Origin: Moniliella sp. 'wahieum'
Taxonomy: Eukaryota
Direction of reading: 5' to 3'
DNA length: 64,000 nucleotides
Assembly (NCBI GenBank): GCA_003971905.1
Contig: RSEE01000006.1
Location: forward strand, 868,001 to 932,000
This document shows positions 1-12,880 of this stretch, in pieces. The first letter of the stretch is position 1. Each line of letters begins with the position of its first letter. Position numbers and translations under genes: made by a program. The notes below the pieces were generated by a model, which was not told the DNA's origin, made no database searches, and saw nothing but the letters and a program-made list of their open reading frames with translations.

Positions 1-2466
1 AATTGCTTCAGTTCGGCTGCACTAAAATCAGCAGGAGGGAGAAGAAAAGGCATCTCCCTCGTATGGTTTTTGATCCGCAGGAGGTAGTTCCAGCGCTGGA
101 TAAAGTGCCGGGCCAAATCCCGGGCCGGCTGGCCGACAAGTTGCATGCCCACATCGTGCCAAGGCATGCGCGGGAACTTGTCTCTCGGGAATAGGTCTTC
201 TTCAGGACGATTGAGCACGTTCCATTCCTTAACCCGTTCATTGGCATAGTCCTGGCCCGGCCAAATGTTTGCTTCGATAGGGCCGTCCGCAGTCTCGCGG
301 ATGGGGCCCAGCAGACGTGGATCATCAAACTCGTACTGTACCCCGGTCTGGTCCGGATCCGCCTCCACATTGTCCGTCAGAACATGGGCATGCGTATCCC
401 ATCGTCCAAAGCAGAGGTCAAACCCACCCATAAACCCAATCGCCTCGTCGATCACGCACATCTTTTCGTGGTGCGCCCAGTAAAAGGTGCCCGTTTGGAA
501 ATGAGAAGGAGAGCGCTGGACCATGATTCTTGTGCAAATTGATCAAGCGTTGCTTGCTGTAGTTCGAGTCGGTGGGAGTGAAGTTGTTAGACACCTCGTT
601 GTAGAGAATGACAAAGATCTTGACTCCCTCCTCGGCTTTTTGGCGGAGAATGGTGTCAAGACGAAACCCTGGGCGCCCCGGGCGACGCAGATATAATTCC
701 TAATGAACAGTTAGTGTTCGGTTCCCATCAGAAGAGCGTGAACATACCGGTGAAAGCCACCAGTCGTGAATCATGATGCGATCCTTGGCACGGGCAAGGG
801 CCTTAGACAAAGCCCAGTAGTAATCCCTCCCATCAATCAATGGCGTGGCATTGACGTGAAGTCGAATGGGCGCAAACGAGTCGAATCGGTTTGGACCGGC
901 ATAGGGGTTGCGTCTGGCCACATCTTGCATCGACGCAACAAACTGGTTCATTTGTCGCTGGTTGTGTGCGACTAGCTTGAGCTTCTGGTGTGAGTTGATG
1001 AGGTAAAATGTGTGCGCCGACACACCATGAGCGTGCTGGAGGGTAATGTCCTTGCCTTCTTGCATATTGGCTGCCTGGCCTTTGATGAGGAGCGCGGCCA
1101 AGTCCATGTGCTGGTCGGGTTCCCCAGCTTCCTGCCCCGTCTGGTCGCGGGCAGGCATCTCCTCGTCCTCATCCGACTCGCCCATCGACTCCTTCAGGGT
1201 ATGGATGGGGTGGCGATAGATCCGCTTGGGGCGCGTGATGCGGAAGTCCATGTCAAACAAAAACACATCGTCTACCTTGAGGTCTCCAGGGTGGTTCGCC
1301 AGGATGAGATAGGACTCTCGGACCAAACACCACTTTTGATTCTTGCGCGTTGCAATGCGCAGGGCCATGTGTCCATGCGAGGACTTGCGGGAGACGGGGG
1401 AGAGGATATTAAGAAACCCTTGTTTGCCCTGGATCCCCGGACGACCAGCCAACGCCAATGCCAACGCACTGATCTCGAGAAACTTGCAAAGACGATTCGC
1501 ATCGGGCCGCAACGCGGCGATGCGACAGATTTGCACTAGCCATTCCTCAAGTTGGACGCGCATCGCGTGAGGCGAGTGCCGCAGCGCCGCATTATCCCTG
1601 TTGCGGAACACGGTGTGCTTCAACTTGGGAAGCGCAGGAAAGCCGCTCTCTTCATTCACCGCTCCTCCCGAGGGACCATCAGCCCTCCCAATCCCCAGTA
1701 TTCCTCGGAGCGACGCCGCACGGTAGTGAGTCTGAAGGATAAGAAAGTCGCGCATCTCGCGGTAGATGACCCAGCGGGCTAAACCATCTCCATAGGACAG
1801 CTCGACACGGAAGATGGCGTAGCCGGCCTGAGCTCCGGCCTCGAGCGAGTCTGTGACTCGAATTTTGAGATGGTTGAGCAATACCGGTACCCGTGGGTCC
1901 CCACTCTCGTCGCGGTCCAAGCCCATCTTGAGCAGCATGACCGGCAGGATTCCCGTCGACAGTTCCTGAGTCAAGTCGGGTTCTGCCTGGGTGTGCGCCG
2001 GGGCAGAGACGCGAGTCTTCTTGGCGGCCTGAAGACGGCGCTTGAGCGCTTTCCAGCGAATTTGGCCGGGCGTGAGTTCGCTTCCGCTCGCACCTGCGCC
2101 TGGCGACGCACCAGCCGATTCGGCACTGGTAACCGGCTCGGCTGACGAGGCAGTCGTGGCGCCGGCGCGGTGCCCGCGCACCGCCTGGCCCAGATGGTGC
2201 ATCCGTCCATGTATGCCCGAAGGTTCATTGGCTGGCGAGCCCAGGCGGGGAGAACGCGCGAGGGATGGGTTCTGCTCGGCAGCGATCTCGACGACGTCTT
2301 CGTGGAGCGGGCGAGAAGCGAGTTGGTGTACAACCGCCTGCTCGGCCTGGTGCGCCGGATCAGGCGGGCGGGCGCCTATTAAGGCCCGGAGGGCCTGGGG
2401 CTCGTCGGGCGCGGGACTGGTGGGTGCCGGCGGAGCGGCCACAGGGCCGTCGCGGGCGGCAGCCAT
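1..2466 (-). CDS. SPO14: Phospholipase D1 (Spo14-like; PX/PH region plus first HKD motif); 3' part runs off the window
   Basis: ORF 700-2466 ends ...IMIHDWWLSP. Intron 700-747 (GTATGT..CTAAC..TAG) joins it to ELYLRRP..RLDTILRQKAEEGVKIFVILYNEV. After an indel near 525 it reads MVQRSPSHFQTGTFYWAHHEKMCVID (HKD motif). Confidence 0.93.
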
Positions 2467-3102
2467 GGAGGTGGTGCGGAGGAAAGAGGAGACTCAGCGG
2501 TGGATACACGTTGCCGCCTCGAGCGATGGGCAAATGGGCTTGGCACGGTTGGAAATTGGACTGGACTTCGGGGGGAGTACGCGCGTGGGTGGGTGCGTGT
2601 GACATGCCATATCACCACCATCACCGGCCCGCCCCGGACAAGGGCAGTGACCAAGTCCAGCACGCCGGGCTGGTGCCTGCGCATGCCCAGATCGATCTTG
2701 CCACCGATCTCACCAACTCCGTTTCGTCATCGACATCCTCATGCCCTTCGCTGGGGCTACGCCCATCTCGTAGTCACTAGTCGCTCCAGCGTCGCGGATG
2801 CAAGTCACTATCCACGCCACCCATCTGCCCCTGTGTCGCCTGGCTCATGAAATCTGCAGTAGGACCTACAAGCACACGCCATCTGGCTGACAGCGCAGAG
2901 CATCTGTGGGGCACCTTCCATAGCACCAGCTAGACCATGACGACCATGCATGTAGTGTGGATGTTGGCGGAGGGCGCTTTTGCTACAGAGACGACACCAC
3001 CAGCACGCGGTGTGGATGGCAGGGGCACATCCATAGGGGACTCGCCCAGCGGCTGGTATGCTGGCCCTCATCCTCCCGCGGCGGGCCAACTGAACTGCTT
3101 TT

Positions 3103-4800
3103 TTACTGCACATGGTCGCTCGGCAGCTGCTGGCCCGTATAGGCATACGTACGCGGCAAGACCTCCACCCGCTCTGGTGTCAGCTCTTCCACCGAGCGCA
3201 CACCCAGCAGCCGCATGTCCCGCGCAATCTCGCCCTTGAGCAGGTCCATGGCATGCTTGGCGCCGGCCTCGCCATAGCCCGTATTGGCAAACAGGAACGG
3301 CCGTCCCAGCCCCACCGCCTTGGCTCCCAGTGCCAACGCTTTCAGCACGTCCGACCCACGTCGCACGCCGCCGTCAACGTACACTTCCAGCTGGTCCAGC
3401 AGCTCCGGGTGCTTCTGTCGCAACTCGATCAGCACATCCACTCCGCTCGGCGCGTAATCCAACGACCGCCCCCCATGGTTGGAGAGAACGACACCATCCA
3501 CCCCTGCCTGCGCGGCCAGCTCCACATCCTCCACACACTGCACCCCCTTGAGGAAGAGGGGCAAATTGCAGTTCTTCCGGAACCAGGCCACATCGTCCCA
3601 CGACAGATTCGCGTCAAAGTACGCTGCGCCCACGGCCATGAAGCCGTTTGCGCCGCGGCCCTGCGCGCGTGCGTCACGCTCCCGGTTGCCCAGCACGGTG
3701 GAATCGACAGTAAGCATGACTGCCCGCACGCCGGCCTGCTCCACCTTCTTGAGCAGCTCTTCCGATTGCGCCCGGTCCTTGTTCACATACAGCTGGTAGA
3801 AGACAGGTTGGTTCTCTGCCCGAGCCGCCAGGATTTCGTCCAGGCTGTAGGAGGCGTTGGCACTGATGCCCTGCACAATCTCTTCCCCTGCCGCGGCACG
3901 GGTCAGGTTGAGTTCCCCTTGTTCATGGCCCAGCTTGGCAGCAGCAGCAGGAGAGATGTAAAAGGGTGCCGAGACGGGGATCTCTTCCCCTTCCCGGTTG
4001 GCAAGCAGCGTGGTGCGCAAGTCCACCTCCTCTACCGGCACCAGGATGCGCGGGCGGAACCAGACGCGTCCCCAGGCAGAGCGGTTGTGTTGGTAGGTCA
4101 CCTCATCGTCCGAGCCAGAGCGGTAGTACCACCCCTCGGGCGTCAGCACACTCTCCGCGACCGCCTCAAACTCATCCAAGTTCATGATCGAATTGAGCGG
4201 GGGCAGGTTGCGGAGCCGCTCCAGACGCGCTACCTCACTAGCCGACAGTTTCGGCGTGGGCAGCGTAGCCGGGTCGATCTCTCCCACCTTGCGGTCGGGA
4301 GAGAGGTATTTAGCAATCGCATCACTGGGGTGAATGGGGTTGAAGATCGCCGAAACGTCGGTTCCGGCGTTCTTCAGGATGGGGCCGGGCCCACCAGGGT
4401 GAACCTTGTAAAACTCGGTCAAGCTGTCATAGCATACCTGGATTAGTCAAACAGTCCTACCCCCCCCGTCCAACAACCTCCCCGCGCTCCAGAAAGAGGG
4501 GACGTACTCATACACCGACCCGTTAATCACCACCCAGATGCCCGCTTCGGGAGAGTTGTGCTTCTGCACCTCCGAGTAGGAGATCAGGCCCTCCTTGGCA
4601 GATTTCGGGGTGTCCCGACGACTGCTGTACGCATACGCCCCCAGCGCCAGGCCGACTGGCAGGGCGACGTAGCCCCACTCGAACTTTCCTCGGGGCACAG
4701 TGGGGGAGGACGAAGCCCATCGGCGGGCAAGGAGGCCTCGTCCAACACTGGGGCGAACACGAGGCAGCGATCGCACGACGTGAGGCAACCGGGGTGGCAT
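3103..4800 (-). CDS. CYB2: Mitochondrial flavocytochrome b2 (L-lactate/alpha-hydroxy acid dehydrogenase)
   Basis: Arg-rich presequence and TM segment, cytochrome b5 domain (EVQKHNS..WVVINGSVYD, HPGG), FMN domain with SNHGGR and DGGVRRGSDVLKALALGA. Intron 4424-4507. Confidence 0.92.
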
Positions 4801-5958
4801 TGTGGGGGCAAACAAGGTAAAGGTAAGGTGTAGTGGGAGCGCCCCAAAGACGAAGGATTTAAATAGGCGGGGTTGGATGTGATTGATTAGAAAGCTACTA
4901 CCAATGACTGGGTGACATGCGAGCCCAATTCATACACGACTGCGGGACACCGACCAGCAGCGAGCGGGACTGGCACGCTTAGTCCGAGGACTGTGAGCCG
5001 ACCCTCGGCCGCACAGCTCCATCGGGATCCACATGGCCCCGGCTTCGACCGCACCTGGGCGCAGCGATCACAATGTGAGGGCAAAAACGGTGAGACTGTT
5101 GGGGCGGCCCGACGCCGCGACCTGAGGCCCTGAGGCCCTGAGGCCAAAAGGCCAGGCCATATAGGTGTTGGATGTTTTGCCTGTTCCCTGCCTTCCCCGG
5201 CCGCTGTGAGGCCTGAGGGTCTGAGATTTGAGGTCAACCGGTGAGGCTCAGGCTGAGGCCCTGAGGCGGCGGCCTGAACACTTTCGGGGTATAGTCTAAC
5301 AGAGTGTAGCCCGGTGCAAGGGAGGGAGGGTTTAGCCGCCCGGCTATATTGTCGCCCCGCCCGTGGCGCAGTTGACCATCGGTTTTGCTACCTTCTCTCG
5401 CAGTCACAACACCTGTTCCTTTGCCGGGCGCCATGTCATGCTTGTCAGCAGGGCCTACGATCGACTACTGTGCACCATTGATCATCGATCGACTGTCTGC
5501 CATCTAGGACAGTACGCGTTCCGCGTTAACCCGAATCCCAGCATAGATTACCCCCCGGATGAACCCAAGCATATGATGGAACAACATGTCGTGCAAGTAC
5601 AGTGGAGCTTGAAGCATGAAGCATGGATTGAATCTGAGGCGTGTGGTTACCACAGCAGAGTCCCGCCGGGCAAGGAGAGAGGGGCTGAGCGCGCTGAGGC
5701 TGGGATCTGAGAGCAAGTGAAGGCATTTCCTGAGACAAAAGCACTCGCTCTCTCTTGGCTGGATATCCTGCGCAGCCCCAACAGATAGATGAGACCAAAT
5801 TCGAGTGGGAACACGGCACGAAAGCGGAGATGACTAGTGACTGGAAACGGGGCGACAGAAAGCGAACGCATAGCAGGGGCCAGGAGCATGGACAGAAAAC
5901 GGTGAGGGATGAACGTGGGAACGGTGAACGGACATTGGCGCCGAGAAGCGGATAGGAC

Positions 5959-6445
5959 TCAGTTCTCTGTGCCCGTCGCGTAGTAGATTCCACGGCGAAT
6001 GAGGTACGACAGTGTGCCAGGAAGATAGGTGAAGGAGTGCACGAGCAGGACGCCGACGATCATGACCATCGTGGCTGGGAGACGGGGGCAAGGGGGTTAG
6101 CGCTTGAGCAAGCGAGACAAGCATGGGAACCGGCGAGACACGTACCGCATGCCAGGGCCTCCCATGGCTCGAGCATGGAGAAGACAGACTCGCCATCTCA
6201 GGCGAGGCCGATGCGCCAGAACACGTCGTTGGGGAGAACGCTGATGTAGGCCATGGGGTGGTAGGCGACCCAGTGGGGTGTGACGGGGGGGCCGTAGGCG
6301 GCCAAGTCGGCGGGGTACTGGGCAGCAGCGGCACACTCTGCGCCATGGTCACAATGCGGGGCTGGTGCTTGGGGTCGTCCTTGGCCCAGCCATTGCCTGC
6401 GGGGACGGCGGTCGACGCCGTGTGCTGCCGGTTGCGCAACGCCAT
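5959..6445 (-). CDS. Serine palmitoyltransferase small-subunit-like membrane protein (ssSPT/Tsc3/DUF3317-like), copy A
   Basis: Reconstructed ...FWRIGLA*DGESVFSMLEPWEALAC|ATMVMIVGVLLVHSFTYLPGTLSYLIRRGIYYATGTEN. The LEPWE motif, TM helix and YLP..YY tail are typical of the family. Intron 6075-6145 (GTACGT..GCTAAC..CAG). Needs an indel near 6335 and has an in-frame TGA at 6198-6200. Confidence 0.7.
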
Positions 6446-6907
6446 GGTTGGGGGAGCAGGTCGAGATGGGCTGGGCAGCGCTTCGAGCAGGCTGCGCGCT
6501 GGACGCTTGAACGCGCGGGTAGCACCGCCTGCCTTGTCCTGCCAGGCCTGCTTACGGCAGCAGCCAGCCAGCGTGACAAGCGTCACGTGATGAAGCATCC
6601 CTGGGCATTGATTAAGGCTGGCGTGTGGGTTGCTTGTGCTATCGCCTGTGCTGACATGCCGAAGCCGCACAGAGAATATGCGGGGCTGCCACTGACATGC
6701 ACACCCCATCTTATGCGGTGTGAATGGATGGCTCAATGCCAGCCCCCACCCGGGCGGCAAGCTCCGGCCAGTGTCCGCGGTGCTGCGGCGACTGAATGCA
6801 TCCCTGGCGCCCGCATTGTCCTCTGCGTCTTTCGCTTTGCCTTTTCCTTTTCTTCCACCAGACACCTCCTCTCTTCCTCGCTGCCCACACATACTTCGCC
6901 TCCACCA

Positions 6908-7306
6908 ATGCCAGCCCCTACACCCTTCCGTGCCTCGCCAGTCCAGCCGCACCTGCACCAGCTCGCCCTTCCCACTGAGCTTTACACGATGGGAGATTGC
7001 ATCTGGCGCATTCGAGTGTTTGTCGACCAAACGACGGCTCAATACTCACTGATTCCAGCCGAACGCTGGGCCTATTGTCCGTCCCCTCCCCTTTCCTATA
7101 CCCCCCGTTGTGCGCGACTGGATGCGGCGATATGAAACAAACTCCTAACCTGTCGCCATCCTGCAGATAGCATCGCGTCCATTCTTCCTGTCTATGCTCT
7201 ACGCATGCTCGTGCCTTGCCTCCCCCCGTACGCTACCTGGCTCATCTGCTGGATGGCCGGTTGGTACCTGCTGCGTGACCCCAATGCTCCCAACAAGCTG
7301 TTTTGA
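6908..7306 (+). CDS. Second ssSPT/DUF3317-like small membrane protein, copy B (divergent)
   Basis: MPAPTPF..IWRIRVFVDQTTAQYSLIPAERWAY, intron 7077-7166 (GTCCGT..CCTAAC..CAG), then YSIASIL.. and, after indels, WLICWMAGWYLLRDPNAPNKLF*. Aligns without gaps to copy A and has the intron at the same codon and phase. Confidence 0.55.
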
Positions 7307-8226
7307 CTCCCCGTTTCTTGTGCTTCGGTCCTCCAGACCTCTATGACGAAATTGCCACCCCTAATAACAGCATTCTGCGCATTAGCCCCCCCCCCTTCAC
7401 TCTCCCTGCACACCCTTTCCCCGTTTCTGCCAAAAGCACCGTTGTGACGAATCCTTCCCCTGTGGCCGAATCCCGATACCATGTTTCCCAAGATGAAAAG
7501 TAGTAGCTGATTAGCTCGGCGTAATACAGTGGATATATATGTAAAGGAGTACTTTTCTTCTGTCGCTTCTCTCTTCTTCTCGATATCATGTTCTCTATCA
7601 TATGGATCCTACGCTTACGCCTCTGCGCCGCATGGAGAAGGAGGCGTATCCGCTGCTCCAGCCAAGATGGTTGCGAGGAGAACGCCAAGTATCAAAAAAA
7701 ACATCAACAAAACTTGCGGTTATCTGCACAAAAAATAACTGTCAGGCCTCAGGGGGGTTAGTAGGGGACCGGTGACCGGTCAGGTGGCCGGCGTGCGGGC
7801 CATAGTCTTACCTCAGCGACGCACCCCCGCGCGAGCTGTGGAGTGGGCGAGAAGCTCTGCATCGGCCAGACAGGCCGCAGGCAGCACACCCCACGCCGCC
7901 GCAGGTGAACCCCCGCCCTGCGCCAGTGCCCTGCGGGCTGCCGCCACACTCGCCCCGCACCCGCAGCATCTCCAGATCGCTGATCCCTGATCGGTCTGAT
8001 CGAGAAGATGGATGATGCGATGATGCATGATGCATGATCGATGAGGTTCTGCGGATGCATGACGTCAGCGCACCCGCACGCGGGAAGAGCAGGCAGCACA
8101 CCGCACGCGGCACCAGTAACTAGTAAGCAAGCAAGTACTACGTACCCACCACCCGCCGGCGCTGTTCGCGCTCCACCGGCCACCCGTCTTCTGCGCCTCC
8201 TCCGCTCCTCCGCTCGTCCGCCCGCC

Positions 8227-10366
8227 ATGCCGCCCGTGGCGCCGCTCCCCGACCTCGCTGGCCATGTGCCGCAGCCCACCCCCCGCCGCCTCTCCGGCTC
8301 GTCGTCCCCGCGCCCCTCGGTCCGACGCCCCTCGGGCACTGCCTCCCAGCGGCCCAGCCTCACCGCCCTCTCCACCGCCTCGCCCCCCGGCATGAGCACC
8401 GCCCCCTCCAGTGCCGGCGGCACGGCCACCGCCAGTGGTCTTGCCCGCGCTGCGTCCATCAAGAGCGCCACCGCGGCCCACACCACCCGTCCAGCCCCCA
8501 CTTTGACCCCACCCAGCGCGACAAGTTTTCCGCCGCCGTTGCCGAAAGCAGTTTGGCCTCGTCCTCCGACGGCCTCCAGGCCTTGCTACGCGACCACCCC
8601 GAGCTAATTTCGTCCCAGCTCAAGAAAGCGGCGGGATCCAACGTGCTGGATGCCTCCGAGTCGGCGCGCATCTCCCAGTTCCCTTCCACCGCCGCTTCGC
8701 CCGGCGGCACACCGGCTGCTACCCCCCTGCACATCCCGGGTACGTTTGATGGCTACGCCCTCTCTGCCCCTGCTTCGCCCCCCAATTTGGGCTCCACAGG
8801 TCCACGCCCAGACTACTCGGAGCAAAAGATCGTAGTGGCCATGGTGGGCTTGCCGGTACGTCCCCCTCCTTGCCTACGTCCCCTTCCCTTTCTCCTCCCG
8901 TGCCTGCCAACGCCAACGCCAACGCCAGCGGGACGGGGCGGAGGCGCATGAAAAGATCGATACGAATGTGGGCTGACGAGGATGAGCAGGCGCGTGGCAA
9001 GTCGTTCACCGCCAACAAGATCATGCGTTATCTCAAGTGGTTGGAGTATGATGTGCGGGTGTTCAATGTGGGTCAGCTGCGACGTGCGGTGGCGCGGGCC
9101 AAGCTGCGCAAGGACGGGTTGGTAGAAGATCATACGGCCTCCTTTTTTGATCCGAACAACCCGCGTGCGTACCAGCAGCGTTCGGCGTTGGCCAACGAGT
9201 GCCTGGAGCAACTCATCTCCTTTCTCAAAAAGGGTGGCAATGTGGGGATCCATGATGCGACCAATACCACCGTAGCCCGGCGGCAAGAGATTGCCGATCG
9301 GATCGCACGCGAACCGGACTTGCGTCTGGTCTTTCTCGAGTCGATCTGTACCGACCCGGCTGTGATTGCGGCGAATGTGGCGGTCAAAGTGCGGAGTAAC
9401 GATCCGGACTATGCCAACATGGATCTCGAGGCGGCCAAGCGGGATTTCCTGGCGCGGATCAAAAACTACGAGGAGGCGTACGAGTCGATCAATGCCGACG
9501 AAACCGAAGCGCACTTGTCGTACTGCAAGATTTACGATGTGGGACGCCAAGTGGTGACCAACAAGATCGAAGGCTACCTCGAGTCGCGCATTGCGTATTA
9601 CCTCATGAACCTCCACCTCACCCCGCGTAACATCTTCTTTTCCCGCCATGGCGAGTCGCAGTTCAATGTCCAAGGCAAGATTGGTGGCGACGCCGACCTA
9701 AGTGAGCACGGCTGGGCGTATGCCAAGGCGCTGCCCCAGCTCATCAAGGACAACATTGGCGATGCGCCATTGACCGTCTGGCACTCCACCTTGCGCCGGA
9801 CAGGCCAGACGGCGTCGCTGCTGCCCTACCCCAAGCTGGCGTGGAAGTCGTTGGACGAGTTGGACGCGGGCGTGTCGGATGGACTGACGTACGAGGAGAT
9901 TGCCGAGTACTGGCCCGACGACTCGGTGGCGCGGGACGAAGATAAGTTCAACTACCGCTACCGCGGCGGCGAGTCGTACCGCGATGTGGTGGTGCGGTTG
10001 GAACCGATCATTATGGAACTGGAGCGCCAAGAAAACATTTTGATCATTGGCCACCAGGCCATCTTGCGCTGCCTGTATGCTTACTTTCAGTCCAAGACCC
10101 AGGAAGAACTGCCGTACATCAAGATCCCGCTCCACACGGTCATCCAGCTGACGCCCAAGGCGTACGGGTGCGACGAGGTGCGGTACAAGTTGCCGATCGA
10201 GGCCGTGGACACTTACCGTCCCAAAGGCCTTGCCCACAAGGCCTCCGACCCAGGTCCCGCCGCGGCCCCGGCCGTGGACGAGGACGACTTGGCGGCAGCG
10301 GCCACCTCTCTGCCCCCATCCCAGAGGAGGCAAGAGCAAGAAGAGATCGAGACGGTTGCCGTTTAA
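8227..10366 (+). CDS. Bifunctional 6-phosphofructo-2-kinase/fructose-2,6-bisphosphatase
   Basis: KIVVAMVGLP|ARGKS P-loop across intron 8856-8989, RVFNVGQLRR, DATNTT, phosphatase motif SRHGES, YRYRGGESY. One frameshift in the low-complexity N-terminus (~8500-8550). Confidence 0.95.
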
Positions 10367-10657
10367 TAGCCTTTACATGTCCCTCCCTCGATTCGATCCT
10401 CCTGGCTGGCTGCCTCTCTATGTTTGTCTCCCTGTTCCCACCCTAATCCCAGTGCGCATTTGATCACGAAGCAAGCAGCAGAGGAATGGATCCATATCAT
10501 ATGCATGTAGGATCGCCACGACGAAGCACCAGAGTAAAAAAGATTACGGCAATGGAGATAGGAACGACAAAAGCGGATAGCGAGCGGGGTATCGGACAGA
10601 AAAGGGATGAGGTCATGGTCATCGAGGCATCCATCACCAGCGCAGCGCCCTCGTTCG

Positions 10658-12880
10658 TTACAGCAACATCCCCATCGTCACCAGCACCATGAGCAGCGCG
10701 CCCGTCGCCACGCCCGAGTGGGCGGCAGCGGAGCTGGCGCTGGAGCCTGTGCTTGCCGCCGAGCTGGCCGAACCGTGCGAGGCCGTGGCCGACGAGCCAG
10801 CCGAGGAGGAGGAAGACGCTGGGGTGGGAGGCGTGTAGCCGATCGGGGTGTAGTTTTGGCCCTGCTGCGACGCCTGCAACATGGCCGCCCCAATCTCGGC
10901 CAGGCCATAGGTGATGGTCATCAAGTGCTGCGACATGGACAGCGGCGGCACACTGGAATCAATCACACGCAGGTTGCGCGTATTGTACACTTTGAATTCC
11001 TGGTCCACCACCCCGCCCAGCTCGAGCGGGAGCATACTGTTGGAGGAACTGGGGTGGTACTCGGTCCCGGACGAGTTGGCCACAAACGTGTCCCAGTCCT
11101 GGTCCGACTGCACCCCCGTACCAGGCGCAAGTTCGGTTTGGGTGTACGCGTTGAGCGGGTAGGAAGTGCCGACCTGGCGGGCAAAGCGGCATCCGTCCCG
11201 CATGATCTGCTTGTCCTCCTCGTACAACAGGTAACCCGGGTCGATCGAAGGCGGATCAAACGCCGAAGCCGAGACGATCTTGACGCTGCCGCGCGAGACG
11301 GGGTGCTGCAACCCGCACTCGACGAGGATGCTGCCATAGGTGTTGCCCAGTAAGATTTCCACCGTGGGCACGTCCTGCGGATAGAGCACGTTGGCCAACT
11401 CGTAGCTCGTCGCATTGAACCCGGCTTGGACCGTGGCTGGCGCATCGTACGCCTGCACATACGACGCAATGTTCGACTTGTACGTATCGATAAACGATTG
11501 CGTCGCGTTGGCGCCCACAATCTTGCTGAGGGGGATATAGGCCGTAGCCGAGTTGACGTAGCTGTCCACCGTCGCATTGCCCGTCACCTTGGACGGTGGC
11601 ATGGTCACATTCGACTGGGGCGAAAAGGTGACGGCGGGTAGAAACGTGGTCTTGCAGGTTGAACCCTACCCCGGGCACGTCAGCCACCTGCTGAACGTTG
11701 GCCGCGCTTAGAACCGACTTGTCTCCTACCCCGGACAGCTGCAGCAGCTGCGGCGAGCCAATCACACCAGCGGCCAGAATGACTTCGTTGGTCGCATTGA
11801 CCGTATACGTGGGCGCGTTGGCCGACGCAGCAAACTCAATGCCCGTCGCCGTCGGCGTGGCACCCGAGGTGTCAAACACAATTTTGGTAGCTTGGTAACC
11901 AGTAAGGACATGCAGGTTGGGACGGTAAACGACTGGATCCAGATAGCCAGTACGGGAAAAGGACCGAGTCCAGTTGCTGGGGTTGATGGCGCTGGCGGAA
12001 AGGAAAGGGCCCGAATTGTTGCCGCCGTAGGCATCGTGGTTCAGTTTCAGGCCCGACACGGTGGTGATCGACTGGAGGAAAGCACCCACGTCGGCATAGG
12101 AGACATCAGGGTAGGAGTGGTGAACCGGCCCATTCTCGCCATGGTTGGTCTGGTTGTACGGCACAAGCGAGTGCTTCCGGCCAAAGTCGCCGGCAGTGAT
12201 GGTGGCGTCGGCGCCGGCCTGGATGGGGGTGTAGGTCTCGGACTTTTTCATCGCATCCAAAACGTTGGCCCATGCCCAGGTAGCCTGTGCATCGGGACTG
12301 AGGGATTTCACCAGATTGGCCCAGCTGGCTTGCTCTGCCTCGGGTTGCCGCACCAGGTACAATCCATTGATCGCGCTCGACCCGCCCAGCGTCTTGCCCC
12401 GAGGCCAGGGAAGCTGGCGGTTGAACATGGTGGACTGGGCGGTCGTCTTGTACGCCCAGTCCATATCGGTTCCCACGGCCGAGTCGTAGACCTGAGGCGA
12501 GTCAGTCCTGTGTTCTCAAAAGCAGGCAGAGGAGAAAGAGGGATACGCACATTGGCCGCAGGGGTGGTGAGACTGGTTGTACCTTCACCGCTCGGCCCAG
12601 CCTCGATGACGGCGACAGTGGTGGAACTGTTTTCGGTCAGGCGGGAAGCCAAGACAAGACCGGCATTGCCGCCTCCGACAATGACATAGTCGAACGCCTG
12701 GCCATCAAAGGCCTGGCCAGAGGTGGAGATGCCACTGGGCGGGGCGGCGAGGCCGCGGTGGGCAAAGCGGGAAGGACCATGGCCGCCGCTGGGAAGGGCA
12801 GCGACAAGGGCAGCTGCACTGCTGGCTGCGACGGCGGCACGAAGCAGCGCATGGCGACGACGCTGGATGGGGCGCGGCAT
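10658..12880 (-). CDS. Secreted GMC oxidoreductase (AA3 family) with Ser/Ala-rich linker and hydrophobic GPI-type tail
   Basis: Signal-like N-terminus, DYVIVGGGNAG FAD motif, RGKTLGGSSAING, GVIGSPQLLQLSGVG, VGFNLQDH, EYHPSSS, NLRVIDSS. Intron 12492-12550, frameshift ~11630. Confidence 0.92.

Noticed and set aside
3112..4446. 444-aa plus-strand ORF and other long antisense ORFs (8813-9673, 39975-41291)
   Set aside because: Antisense shadows of real GC-rich genes.
5834..7135. 402-aa and 256-aa ORFs in the track
   Set aside because: They run through the promoter and introns of the ssSPT-like pair, and only parts are real coding sequence.
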